DNA of 63,665 nt from Myxococcota bacterium (GTDB taxonomy: Bacteria > Myxococcota_A > UBA796 > CAJQPC01). The DNA lies in the NCBI GenBank assembly GCA_036012755.1, contig DASCPX010000248.1, positions 1 to 63,665 of the forward strand. The letters run 5' to 3'. Positions within the stretch are counted from its first letter, which is position 1, and each line of letters begins with the position of its first letter. Made by a program: the position numbers and the translations under genes. This document shows positions 18,168-27,682 of the stretch, in pieces. Under the pieces are notes generated by a model. It was given only the letters and a program-made list of their open reading frames with translations, ran no database searches and had not been told where the DNA came from.

Positions 18168-19253
18168 CTACTCCATGTACCCCAGCGCCTTCGCCCGCTC
18201 CTCGTCGACCGTCCCCGTGGGACCCGTGGGCACAGCCCACCCCGCGAGGTGGGGAGCCAGGGACTCGTCACCGAGCAGTCCCACTCCCGGGCGGTCGATC
18301 AACGAGGTCTCGCCGTAGACCACGCGGTCCTTTCCGAGCACGCCCTCCGGTGCGCAGCCGGCCGTGCAGTTGGGGTCGCAGAGGCCGCTCTCGCCGACCC
18401 AGACCTCGCGGTCGATCGTGAAGAGGTCCTCTCGGGGATCCTCCAGCCCCGCCAGGTGCAACAGCGTCGGCATCACCTCGGACAGGCCCACGCGCCGGTC
18501 CACCGCGCCGCCCGGGACGCCAGGGCCGGCGACCACCAGGGGCACGCGCAGTACGACCTCGCTGGAGCTGCGCTCGTGCTGGACGCCGCACTTCTCCTCT
18601 GCGAGGACCTCGCCGTGGTCAGAGGTCCAGAGCACCGTCGATCCCCGAGCCATCGCCTCTCGCACGAAGGGGCCAAGGAGGCGGTCTGCCTGCCGCACCT
18701 CGCCGGCGTAACGGGCCGGATCGCTGTCCTCGCCGTCCCAGCCGATCGGCTCATAGGGACCGTGGGGGTCGTAGGCGTGCAGCCAGAGGAACCAGGGGCC
18801 TCCTTGCTGATCGAGCCAGGCCCGAGCCTCCGAGAGGGTCTCGGCGGTCGGTCGCTCGCTGGCTTCGGGACCGGAGAAGTGCTCGAAGCCCTGGGCCATG
18901 CCGCCCTCCGGCCCAGCCGGGTAGGCGCTCACGAAGGCCGCGGTCGCGTAGCCGGCCTCCTGGAAGCGCTCCGCCAGCGTGACCTCGTCCCCGCCAAGGG
19001 CGTAGCCGTGGTGGTTGTTCGCCCTGAGTCCGTGCTCCGGCGGCATGTGGCCCGTGAGGATCGTTGCGTGCGCCGGTGTCGTGAGACCGATCGGAGACCA
19101 CGCGTCCCTGAAGCGAGCGCCGCGCTCGCCGAGGTCCCAGGCCTCGGGGGTCAGCTCCGGTGAGAAGTGGTCCGCCCGCCAGGTGTCGAGGGTGACCAGC
19201 AGCACTCCGGGAGCCTTCGGAGGTCGCGAGCAGCAGAGGAGCAGCCAGAGCAC
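18168..19253 (-). CDS. Sulfatase-like hydrolase (alkaline phosphatase superfamily)
   Basis: LLVTLDTWRADH, TTPAHATILTG, WLHAYDPHGPY, TSDHGE and LRVPL motifs; C-terminal ALGY. Confidence 0.88.
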   Translation of the reverse strand: MLWLLLCCSRPPKAPGVLLVTLDTWRADHFSPELTPEAWDLGERGARFRDAWSPIGLTTPAHATILTGHMPPEHGLRANNHHGYALGGDEVTLAERFQEAGYATAAFVSAYPAGPEGGMAQGFEHFSGPEASERPTAETLSEARAWLDQQGGPWFLWLHAYDPHGPYEPIGWDGEDSDPARYAGEVRQADRLLGPFVREAMARGSTVLWTSDHGEVLAEEKCGVQHERSSSEVVLRVPLVVAGPGVPGGAVDRRVGLSEVMPTLLHLAGLEDPREDLFTIDREVWVGESGLCDPNCTAGCAPEGVLGKDRVVYGETSLIDRPGVGLLGDESLAPHLAGWAVPTGPTGTVDEERAKALGYME

Positions 19254-19340
19254 GCTGCGATCGTACCGTCGTGGCTTCGGCTGACTTCGTTTCAGCGTCT
19301 CGTGATGCTCAGCTGGCATGCTAGGGCGACGGGAGAACCG

Positions 19341-20720
19341 ATGACCCTCTTCTTGATCGCCTGCACGGGTCCCCAGCTCGACGACAGCGACCCTGGCGTT
19401 GTGGACGACACCTCCGTCGACGACAGCGGCGACGACCCGGTGGACGCGGACGGCGACGGCTTCCTCGACGACATCGACTGCAACGACGATGACGACAACG
19501 TCTACCCGGGCGCCCCCGGCCTCTGCGACGGCCAGCAGAACGACTGCGAGGTCGACTGGGTCGGTGACGCCGGGCTGGCCACCTGGATGGACGAGCCCCC
19601 CGTGGACATGAGCGCGGAGCTCGCCGCCGGCGGGACCTTCACCATGGGCGACGGAACCCTGCGTCTCTGCGAGGGCACCTGGCTGCTGGAGATCCATGTC
19701 TCTGGGGATCTGACCATCGAGGGCGCAGAGGCCGACGCCGTGCTCAGCGGGGAGGGGAGCTGGACGCCGCTGCAGATCGTCGAGCAGGGCGCGTCCCTGA
19801 CGGTCTCCGAGCTGACCGTCGAGGGCGGGCTGGCCTCACTGCTGGTCCCAGATGGCTCCGAGCTCGGCGGCGGTGCCCTCTACTGCCACGGGGCGAGCGT
19901 GACCCTCGACGAGGTGGTCTTCGCCGACAACATCTCGGCTGGCATGGGTGGGGCGGCCTTTGCCCAGGACTGCGAGATCCAAATCAGCGGAGGTCGCGTT
20001 CAGCAGAACGAGGCGGTCGACGGCGGGGGCATGTTCCTGGTGGGCGGCTCGTTGGAGATGGTCGATGCCTGGTTCGAGAGCAACATCGCGACCGAGACCG
20101 GGGGCGCCCTGGTGGCCTACGACGGCGTCACGGGCGTGCTCGACGACAGCCACTTCTCGCTCAACACCGCCGAGATCGGTGGCGGCGTCGCTCTCTTCGA
20201 GGACAACGTGCTCGACTTCGTGAACGCCTACTTCGCCTCCAACGCGGCCGACTACGGCGCAGCTGTTGCCATGGGTAGCGGTGAGGTGGTCACCTTCGAC
20301 GGCGGCAAGGTGAAGAAGAACGAGGCCACCGAAGCGGGCGGGGCGGTCTACTCAGGGGGAGGAAACACCCTGACGGCGACCGGCACCGAGATCTCCGAGA
20401 ACAGCGCGATCACCGGCGGCGCCCTCTACATGGACGCGGACACTGTCACCCTCTACGACGTCGTGATGGACGAGAACAAAGCCGACAAGGGCGGGGCGGC
20501 CTACCTCGAGGGCACCGAGGCCACCCTGGAGGCCTCGCTGGTCCGCACCAACATCGCGGTCGAAGGCGGCGCCTTCTACGTGAAGAAGCTCGTGTCGCTG
20601 GAGATCGTCTCGACCGACTTCAGCGCCAACGACCCGGACGACCTCCAGTACTCGGGCGGCGACAGCTACAGCTTCGGGCTCGCCGCGGAGACGAGCTGCG
20701 ACAACTCGGGCTGCGACTGA
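19341..20720 (+). CDS. Lipoprotein with a MopE-like metal-binding motif and a right-handed beta-helix (polymorphic-OMP-type GGA repeats)
   Basis: MTLFLIAC; DADGDG..DCND...YPGA..CDG..NDC; repeated N.A..GGA. Confidence 0.8.
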   Translation: MTLFLIACTGPQLDDSDPGVVDDTSVDDSGDDPVDADGDGFLDDIDCNDDDDNVYPGAPGLCDGQQNDCEVDWVGDAGLATWMDEPPVDMSAELAAGGTFTMGDGTLRLCEGTWLLEIHVSGDLTIEGAEADAVLSGEGSWTPLQIVEQGASLTVSELTVEGGLASLLVPDGSELGGGALYCHGASVTLDEVVFADNISAGMGGAAFAQDCEIQISGGRVQQNEAVDGGGMFLVGGSLEMVDAWFESNIATETGGALVAYDGVTGVLDDSHFSLNTAEIGGGVALFEDNVLDFVNAYFASNAADYGAAVAMGSGEVVTFDGGKVKKNEATEAGGAVYSGGGNTLTATGTEISENSAITGGALYMDADTVTLYDVVMDENKADKGGAAYLEGTEATLEASLVRTNIAVEGGAFYVKKLVSLEIVSTDFSANDPDDLQYSGGDSYSFGLAAETSCDNSGCD

Positions 20721-20723
20721 GCC

Positions 20724-21686
20724 CTACCTGGACGCTTCGAAGCTGCCTTCGTAGGTGACCAGCTGGCCGAAGAGCTCGCCGGTGCCGGCGAAGGTGCTGG
20801 AGAAGTCACCGGGATCGGCGATGGTCCCGGTCCACCCCTCTGTCGTCGTGCTGCCGACCGTGAGGTCCCCGGACAGGGTCGTGCCCGTGTCGAAGTCGCC
20901 CTCCCAGGTGACGGTCTCGGCGGTCCCGAGGGCGGTCCAGGTGCAGGTGAAGACGCCGTAGACCTGCGTGGTGGCTGTCTCGTCGATGTCGACGGTGCCG
21001 GTGCCGGTGCAGTCGTCCGTGATGCCGAAGGCGGTGGCGGTGTAGGTGAAGGGGCCGCTGTAGCTGCCGAGCCAGCCCACGTCGCACTCGTTCTCCGGGG
21101 TCTCGTACCCGCTGTCGTCGTTGCAGTCGGTGTTGTCGTCGACGTAGCCGGCGGTGGGGTGGCAGGCCTCGAGGGTGACGTCCGCGTTGCCGTAGCCGTC
21201 CCCGTCCGCGTCCCTGTACCAGGTCGACATCGTGGTCTCGTCGACGCTCTCGTCCTCGTCGTCCGAGAGCCCGTCGCAGTCCTCGTCCTCGTGCCACTCG
21301 TCGCAGATCTCCTGGGCGCCGGGGTTGACGTCCGCGTTGCTGTCGTCGCAGTCCCCGCTGAGCTCGACTCGCCCCGAGATGCTCTCCGAGCAGCTCCTCA
21401 CCACGTCCGAGACGTTGCCCCACTCGTCGCCGTCTATGTCGGCGTAGAAGCTGGTCGCGTCAGTTGCGTCCTCGTCCGTCTCGTCGTCGCAGTCGTTGTC
21501 GAGGCCGTCGCAGATCTCGGTCTTGCCAGGGTTGACCTCTGCGTTTTCGTCATCACAGTCCCCGTCCGCGGGGCTGTAGCCGTCGCCGTCGAGGTCGTCG
21601 GGGCTTGCCACCGTGGAGTCGTTGGTGTCGTCGAGGTTGGCGGCGGTGATGTTCTCGCCGGTGCACGCGAAGAGGAGGATCAGCAT
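20724..21686 (-). CDS. Lipoprotein with MopE-like (putative metal-binding) repeats
   Basis: MLILLFAC; repeated DCDD...VNPG..EICD...DCD and WYRDADGDGYG. Confidence 0.85.
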   Translation of the reverse strand: MLILLFACTGENITAANLDDTNDSTVASPDDLDGDGYSPADGDCDDENAEVNPGKTEICDGLDNDCDDETDEDATDATSFYADIDGDEWGNVSDVVRSCSESISGRVELSGDCDDSNADVNPGAQEICDEWHEDEDCDGLSDDEDESVDETTMSTWYRDADGDGYGNADVTLEACHPTAGYVDDNTDCNDDSGYETPENECDVGWLGSYSGPFTYTATAFGITDDCTGTGTVDIDETATTQVYGVFTCTWTALGTAETVTWEGDFDTGTTLSGDLTVGSTTTEGWTGTIADPGDFSSTFAGTGELFGQLVTYEGSFEASR

Positions 21687-22264
21687 CTGTCCCAGCTAAC
21701 CAGGGTCTTGCGATGGGACACCCAGGCGGTGCCGGCGAGGGCCAGGCGCCATGGAGCGTCGCGGTGCTCGGGCTCCGCGTAGTCGATCCCTACCCGCGGG
21801 CCGCGGAGCATGTCTTCGGTGACCGGGCCGTCCTCGATCCGCAGCCCGCCCGGAGCGAGCAGATCATGACCGGACAAGGAGACGTCGAGGCCGAGGGCCT
21901 GGCCGACCTTGCCCGGGCCGGTCAACAGGGCTGGGCCGCTCCTGCCGCCGCGACGCTGGCGGACCACCTCGAGGCCATCGACGACCTCTGCAGAGCGCAC
22001 GAGGCAGGCGTGCCCCTGGCCGCCCACCACGTTCATCATGTGGTGGATGCCGTAGCAGAGGTAGACGTAGGCATGCCCCCCGGGCCCCCACATCGGGGCG
22101 TTGCGGGGGGTGTGGCCCTTCGCCGTGTGGGCGGCGCTGTCCGATGGGCCCCGGTAGGCCTCTACCTCTGTGATGCGCAGCGTCACGGGGCCGTGGACGA
22201 GCTTCTTGCCGAGCAGATCCGGGGCGAGCTCCAGCGCGTCCCGCTCGAACCAGCTGCGCTTCAA
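21680..22264 (-). CDS. mpg: DNA-3-methyladenine glycosylase (MPG/AAG family)
   Basis: ITEVEAY.G..DSAAH, YVYLCYGIH, GPGK and GPRVGI motifs. Confidence 0.93.
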   Translation of the reverse strand: MKRSWFERDALELAPDLLGKKLVHGPVTLRITEVEAYRGPSDSAAHTAKGHTPRNAPMWGPGGHAYVYLCYGIHHMMNVVGGQGHACLVRSAEVVDGLEVVRQRRGGRSGPALLTGPGKVGQALGLDVSLSGHDLLAPGGLRIEDGPVTEDMLRGPRVGIDYAEPEHRDAPWRLALAGTAWVSHRKTLVSWDRC

Positions 22265-23184
22265 CGCAGGAACTCGACGATGGGCGCGAAGACCTCGTCG
22301 TCAGCACGGTCCGCGATGAACAGGTCGGCGTGGGCCCAGCGGTCATCCGGACTCCCGACGTCCAGGTGGAGGGCGGGTCCGCCCCAGGCCTCCAGCGCCG
22401 GGAGGCAGGCCCGTCGCGGGGCGATCCCGTCCCCGGTGCCGGTGACGACCATGAGGTCACCCTGGACAGCCGAGAGGCCCTCGACGACGTTGACGCCCCC
22501 GACGACGAGGTCCCCGGCGCGGATCCAGGCCGCGAGCTGACGGCGGATGCGCGGAGCTGGGTCCTCGATGGTGCGAACGAGCTGCCCGGCCTGGGAGATG
22601 TCCACGTGGTCGGCGTTGAGGTAGATCGACAGCACCCTCGGGGCCAGGCGTGCGACCAGAGGGAGGACCGAGCGAGCGGCCAGGCGCGACCCGTAGATCG
22701 GGACCCGTCCAGCTACCGGGCCGATGAGGCCGAAGGCCGTGTGCCAGGGGGTCGAGACCCGCCAGGTCAGCGGTGAGCCGATGGCGACGACCCGCCGAAC
22801 CGGGGCGCTCGGGTCGTGGGCGAGGAGCGCATAGGTCAGCGTGCCCCCCAGGGAACAGCCGATGACGTCGACGCTGTCGGCGCCGGTCTCCCGCCGGATG
22901 TGTCGCAGGGCCGCGGGCAGGTCGATCAGGGCCCGCTCGGCGAGGCCGATCTGCGAGTTGGATCCTCGCTTGTTGTCGCCCTGACCGCGCATGTTCACGC
23001 CCCACACGTCGTGGCCTGCGTCCGCGAGGAAGGCCATCAGCGAGCGCCCGGTCGGGTGGAAGCCGAGGATGAAGGTGTTCATCGCGAAGCCGGGCACCAA
23101 CAGGACGGGGCGCCCGCCCCCGTCGATTCGCCGGAAGCCCAGCCACCAGCCGTCCGGGGTGGGGGCCTTCACGCGCATCTGCAT
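22261..23184 (-). CDS. Alpha/beta hydrolase (PHA-synthase/lipase-like)
   Basis: LVPGF, GCSLGG, GDGIAP and HADL motifs; TACACT 6 nt upstream of the ATG. Confidence 0.82.
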   Translation of the reverse strand: MQMRVKAPTPDGWWLGFRRIDGGGRPVLLVPGFAMNTFILGFHPTGRSLMAFLADAGHDVWGVNMRGQGDNKRGSNSQIGLAERALIDLPAALRHIRRETGADSVDVIGCSLGGTLTYALLAHDPSAPVRRVVAIGSPLTWRVSTPWHTAFGLIGPVAGRVPIYGSRLAARSVLPLVARLAPRVLSIYLNADHVDISQAGQLVRTIEDPAPRIRRQLAAWIRAGDLVVGGVNVVEGLSAVQGDLMVVTGTGDGIAPRRACLPALEAWGGPALHLDVGSPDDRWAHADLFIADRADDEVFAPIVEFLR

Positions 23185-23206
23185 CTGCGAAGTGTACCCT
23201 TCGCCT

Positions 23207-24808
23207 GTGCTGCTCCTGCTTTCCATCGCGACCTCGCAGGCGACCTCGGTCGGCCCCGCCGAGACGCTGTCCTGGCGACTCGACCAGCTGACGGGCCTCG
23301 ACGATCCTGCGGACCGCTTCCGGCACGCCCGGCTGCGCCAGGAGCCACGGCCCGATCCGGACTTCGCCACGGTCGTCGCCGTGGTCGATGTCTGGGCCCG
23401 GCCCGACGATGTCCTCGAGGCCGCCCTGGCCCTGCACCCCGGGATCGAGCTGGAGGCTCGCCACGGCCAGCTGCTCCAGCTTCGCGTCCCGGTCGAGGCC
23501 CTCGTCGACCTCTCGATGGTCGGTGGCGTCGCGAGGGTCCGTGAGCCCGACCTGCCGACCTCGAAGGCGGTCGTGACCGAGGGCAAGGCCGAGATCTTCG
23601 TGAACGACTGGCACGCCTCCGGAGTCACCGGGGGAGGCGTCCTCGTCGGTGTCCTCGATGTCGAGTTCGGCGGCTACGAGTCGATCCTCGGCACCGAGCT
23701 GCCCGATAGCGTCGCGACCACCCCCGGCACCCTGAACACCTCTGGCGGTACCCACGGGACCGCCGTCGCCGAGATCGTCCACGACATCGCCCCCGACGCC
23801 GATCTGCACCTCTACCAGTTCGCCACGGAGGTCGAGTTCTACGAGCGCTGCGACCAGATCGTGGCCGACGGCGTCGAGGTCCTGAACGCCTCGATCGGCT
23901 TCGACAACGTCTGGCACGCCGACGGAACCTCGCCCTACACCCAGACCGTCGAGCTCGTCGTCGACGAGGGGGTGACCTGGGTCGCGGCCTCGGGCAACGA
24001 GGTGGGCCGCTACTTCATCGGCGAGGTGGGCCCCGCCGACGGCGACGGCTTCGTCACGATCGACGGCGAGCTGGGCGTGCCGATGAACAACGTCATGGGC
24101 GAGGTGCCGGTCTCGCTGCGATGGTCTGAGGCTCCGGACGCAGCATCGATCGACCTCGATCTGTACCTCTATGACGAGAACCTGGAGCTCTGCGGCTACA
24201 GCGAGGAGCCCCAGGACGGCGACGACCGCCCCTACGAGTACGCCGCCTGCGATGTCGGCGGCTCCGTGATCTGGGCCTACGTCGTGGTCGCGTCCGGCAA
24301 CCCAGAGGGGCTCACCGCCTACCTCTACGCGCCCTACTTCCTCGCTGACTCGAGCTGGGAGTCGGTGGCCTCGACGCTGACACTGCCGGCCGACAGCCCG
24401 AGCGCCATCACCGTCGGCGCCTACGAGCTCGACACCCTCGAGGTCGCCAGCTTCTCGTCTCAGGGCCCCACGGACGATGGGCGCACCAAGCCGGATCTCG
24501 TGGCGCCCAGCGGTGTGTCGACCTCGACCTATGGCGGGGCCTTCGACGGGACCTCCGCCTCCGCGCCCCATGTCGCCGGTGTGGCGGCCTTGATCCGCGA
24601 GCGCACCTACGGCTCGCCCGGGGAGATCAAGCGGGTGCTGACCAACCAGGCAGAGGACCTCGGCGAGGCCGGCCTGGACAACACCTACGGCCACGGGGCG
24701 GTCCGGACGAGAGCGCTCCCGGACCCCTGGTGTGGCTGCACGTCGGCGACCGGCGCTGGTGGTGCCTGGCTCTTTGCGTTGTTGTTGGCGTGGCGGCGGC
24801 GCTCTTAG
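23207..24808 (+). CDS. S8 subtilisin-like serine protease with a MYXO-CTERM-like sorting tail
   Basis: GVLD, HGTAVA and GTSASAPHVAG catalytic triad; KPDLVAP; C-terminal CGC...WLFALLLAWRRRS. Confidence 0.9.
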   Translation: MLLLLSIATSQATSVGPAETLSWRLDQLTGLDDPADRFRHARLRQEPRPDPDFATVVAVVDVWARPDDVLEAALALHPGIELEARHGQLLQLRVPVEALVDLSMVGGVARVREPDLPTSKAVVTEGKAEIFVNDWHASGVTGGGVLVGVLDVEFGGYESILGTELPDSVATTPGTLNTSGGTHGTAVAEIVHDIAPDADLHLYQFATEVEFYERCDQIVADGVEVLNASIGFDNVWHADGTSPYTQTVELVVDEGVTWVAASGNEVGRYFIGEVGPADGDGFVTIDGELGVPMNNVMGEVPVSLRWSEAPDAASIDLDLYLYDENLELCGYSEEPQDGDDRPYEYAACDVGGSVIWAYVVVASGNPEGLTAYLYAPYFLADSSWESVASTLTLPADSPSAITVGAYELDTLEVASFSSQGPTDDGRTKPDLVAPSGVSTSTYGGAFDGTSASAPHVAGVAALIRERTYGSPGEIKRVLTNQAEDLGEAGLDNTYGHGAVRTRALPDPWCGCTSATGAGGAWLFALLLAWRRRS

Positions 24809-25881
24809 CGCTGGCCTGCGCTCCAGCGACAGAGGGCTGGCTGATCACCGCCCAGGGGCGGGTGGTCGACCTCGACGGCACGGGCGTCGCGGCGGCGGTC
24901 GCCGTCTCTGCGGAGGGGGCCCTCGTCGGCGAGGTCGATGCAGACTCAGAGGGCTACTGGAGCCTGCCCATCATCGTGGAGGAGGACCAGCAGGTCCCGC
25001 TCGTGGTCGTCGCCTGGGACGGGGACGCAGTCGGCACCACGTGGAGCACGCTGGAGGTCTTCGAGCAGCCCACGCCATCAGAGCTCTTCGTCGGCAGCGG
25101 CCAGCGCATGGAACCCGCCCCGGTCTGGATGCCAGCCGTCACGGTGGCCACCCCAGAGGACGCGACGCTCAGCGGTCAGCTCGTCGATGGTTCTACGGGC
25201 GAGCCCGCCGGCCAGGTCTCGATCGCGCTGGTCTCCGGATGGAACGCGCCAGCGGATGGCAACGTGGTCGCCCTCGCAGCCTCCGACCACGAAGGCAGCT
25301 TCAGCGCAGAGGTCCCGGCCGGCGTCTACACCGCTTATGTCAGGGACGAGGAGGGGGTCGAGGACGCGGTCTTCCCGGCCTCCACGGCTTCGCTGGCCCT
25401 GGGAGTCGTCGTCCCGCCGCTGGCCGAGGAAGAGCTCGTGATGGCCCTGTCCCATGACGGCACGCTGGAGTTGGACCTCCACACGACGGGGCCTCGGGCT
25501 GGCACCGACGGCACGGGTCAGCCCTTCGACGTCTACAGCGACCGCCAGGCTCATCCCGACCGCGGCGAGCCGGTCGCGGCGCTCATCGTCGAGGACCCCC
25601 GACTCGAGGTCGGCTGGATCTACGAGAGGCGGGTCTCCGGTGTGTACCGGGCGGTCGTCTTCGACTCCGGGGGCATGGCCGTCGTGGGCAACGAGGACCT
25701 CGGCAACAGCCGTCCGGTCGTGCAGTTCTGGTCCGCCGAGGGCCCGGCGATGGCCCAGGCCACCCCTGGCCGCGTGGGCACGCACTGGGTCGCGCTTCGC
25801 CTCGATCTCGACCGGGCGGAGATCCAGCGCCCAGAGGACTACGGGGAAGACGCGAATCCTTCGGATCCGATGACGTTTTGA
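24790..25881 (+). CDS. Hypothetical lipoprotein with carboxypeptidase-regulatory-like (transthyretin-fold) modules
   Basis: GTG start gives MAAALLALAC; GRVVD.DG and LSGQLVDGSTGEP...SD.EGSF modules. Confidence 0.6.
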   Translation: MAAALLALACAPATEGWLITAQGRVVDLDGTGVAAAVAVSAEGALVGEVDADSEGYWSLPIIVEEDQQVPLVVVAWDGDAVGTTWSTLEVFEQPTPSELFVGSGQRMEPAPVWMPAVTVATPEDATLSGQLVDGSTGEPAGQVSIALVSGWNAPADGNVVALAASDHEGSFSAEVPAGVYTAYVRDEEGVEDAVFPASTASLALGVVVPPLAEEELVMALSHDGTLELDLHTTGPRAGTDGTGQPFDVYSDRQAHPDRGEPVAALIVEDPRLEVGWIYERRVSGVYRAVVFDSGGMAVVGNEDLGNSRPVVQFWSAEGPAMAQATPGRVGTHWVALRLDLDRAEIQRPEDYGEDANPSDPMTF

Positions 25882-25885
25882 GTTA

Positions 25886-27013
25886 ATGGCGCCGGCCATG
25901 GCCGTGTTCACCAACGCCCTCGTCGAGGAGATGCAGACGCTGAAAGGCGGCTCGCACACCTTCCTCAAGCAGGTCTGCGCTGATGACTCCGGGCCCCTGC
26001 GCGATGCCCTGGACGCGGCGCTGGGCCGCATGCCGTTTTCGGTCCGAGAGCGCCTCGGCGATCGGCTCCGCAGCCTGGAGAACCGCCGCTTCTTCCAGGG
26101 CTTCGCCGAGCTGGCCTCTTGCGCTGTCCTCGCCGACGCTGGCTGGGAGATCCTCGGCGCCGTGGGGGGAGGTGACCCTCTCCAGCTGCAGCGTCCCGAC
26201 GCAGCTCCCTGCAACCTGCTCGTCGTCTCGTTCCTCCATCCCGGACGGCCGGACGTCGACTCGCGGCCTGTCGCCAAGCTGCGGGCTGCCCTCGACCGGG
26301 TGTTCAGCCGTCTGCGCTTCGCCGTCTTCGTGCGTCGCTGGCTGCCTCCCGAGTTCGACCCCGAGCCGGTCCGCCAGGCGGTCGAACTCTGGCTGCGAGA
26401 GGTCGAGGCCGGGCGCTGGGACAGCCGCTACGCCGCATACGAGGACGAGGCGGTGGCGCTGGAGTTCGGGCTCGTGGGGTCGAAGGACGAGCCGGAGAGG
26501 GTCTCACCTTCCGGCGCGCCGGTCCTGATGACCGTCGGCCCCTTCATCGCGGGCCGCGTCATGGCCACCGTCGAGCGGCGCATCGTCCAGGACCTCGACC
26601 GCTACCGGATGGGGCCCCACGGCACCGAACCCGTGCTGGTCACGATGGTCTCGGACCGCCCGTGGCACATCCCCAGCGGCACCCTGCGCGACTTCCTCTA
26701 CGGCAAGCCCTCCTGGGTGAGCAGCTCGCCGGAGCATGGCTGGGAGGCGGCGCTCTCGCACGAGCCGGAGCCATGTCTGTTCAAGGACCCGCTCTACAGC
26801 AGCGTCTGTGGCGTGGTGCAGGTCGATCGGGACGACAAGGAGGCGCTCGCGGTGGGGGGACGCGGCTGGTCGAACCCCTACGCGGACGCACCCCTTCGGG
26901 AGGGCGAGCTGCCGTTTTCGGTCCTCGCCGAGGTGCGGCGTGATGATGGCCAGCCGGTGCTCCAGCGCACGGGTCCGAAGGGGCGCCCGCTGGTCTGGAT
27001 AGGGCAGGACTGA
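25886..27013 (+). CDS. Hypothetical cytoplasmic protein
   Basis: 375-aa ORF in the operon; TGATG overlap with tdk. Confidence 0.75.
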   Translation: MAPAMAVFTNALVEEMQTLKGGSHTFLKQVCADDSGPLRDALDAALGRMPFSVRERLGDRLRSLENRRFFQGFAELASCAVLADAGWEILGAVGGGDPLQLQRPDAAPCNLLVVSFLHPGRPDVDSRPVAKLRAALDRVFSRLRFAVFVRRWLPPEFDPEPVRQAVELWLREVEAGRWDSRYAAYEDEAVALEFGLVGSKDEPERVSPSGAPVLMTVGPFIAGRVMATVERRIVQDLDRYRMGPHGTEPVLVTMVSDRPWHIPSGTLRDFLYGKPSWVSSSPEHGWEAALSHEPEPCLFKDPLYSSVCGVVQVDRDDKEALAVGGRGWSNPYADAPLREGELPFSVLAEVRRDDGQPVLQRTGPKGRPLVWIGQD

Positions 27014-27624
27014 TGCAGCCGCACTTCGTCACGGGCAAGCTCGGTTGGATCGAGGTCGTCACCGGGTGCATGTTCTCTGGCAAGACGGAGGAGCTCATCC
27101 GTCGGATCCGTCGGGCCATGTACGCACGCCAGCGGGTCGTGGTCTTCAAGCCGGGCATCGACGACCGCTACAGCGCCGACAGCGTGGGCAGCCACTCGGG
27201 CATGCACCTGCGCTCGCTGCAGATCACCAAGGCCACCCAGATCCTGGGGCTCGTTCAGGACGCCCAGGTCGTCGGCATCGACGAGGCCCAGTTCCTGGGC
27301 AACGAGCTGGTCGAGGTCTGCGAGTCCCTGGCCAACGAGGGGAGGCGAGTCATCGTCGCGGGTCTCGACCAGGACTACCGAGGCCAGCCCTTCGAACCGA
27401 TCCCCCAGCTCCTTGCGTTGGCCGAGTACATCACCAAGAACCTCGCGATCTGCACGGTCTGCGGCAACCCCGCCGACCGCAGCCAGCGCCTGGTCGAGGC
27501 CGGCTCCCGCGTGCTGGTCGGCGCGACGGACGCCTACGAAGCCCGCTGCCGCCTCCACTGGTCGGCCGAGCCCTTTCCCCGTCAGCAGGCCCTGCCGCTG
27601 GGCGAGAACATCGCAGAGTCCTGA
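27013..27624 (+). CDS. tdk: Thymidine kinase
   Basis: GCMFSGKTEELIR, IDEAQF, AGLDQDYRGQPF, C..C and YEARCR motifs. Confidence 0.97.
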   Translation: MQPHFVTGKLGWIEVVTGCMFSGKTEELIRRIRRAMYARQRVVVFKPGIDDRYSADSVGSHSGMHLRSLQITKATQILGLVQDAQVVGIDEAQFLGNELVEVCESLANEGRRVIVAGLDQDYRGQPFEPIPQLLALAEYITKNLAICTVCGNPADRSQRLVEAGSRVLVGATDAYEARCRLHWSAEPFPRQQALPLGENIAES

Positions 27625-27682
27625 CTTCGGACGGATCGCGGCGGGCTAAGGGTTTTGTCGGGAAACGACCCGGAGGGTCCGC

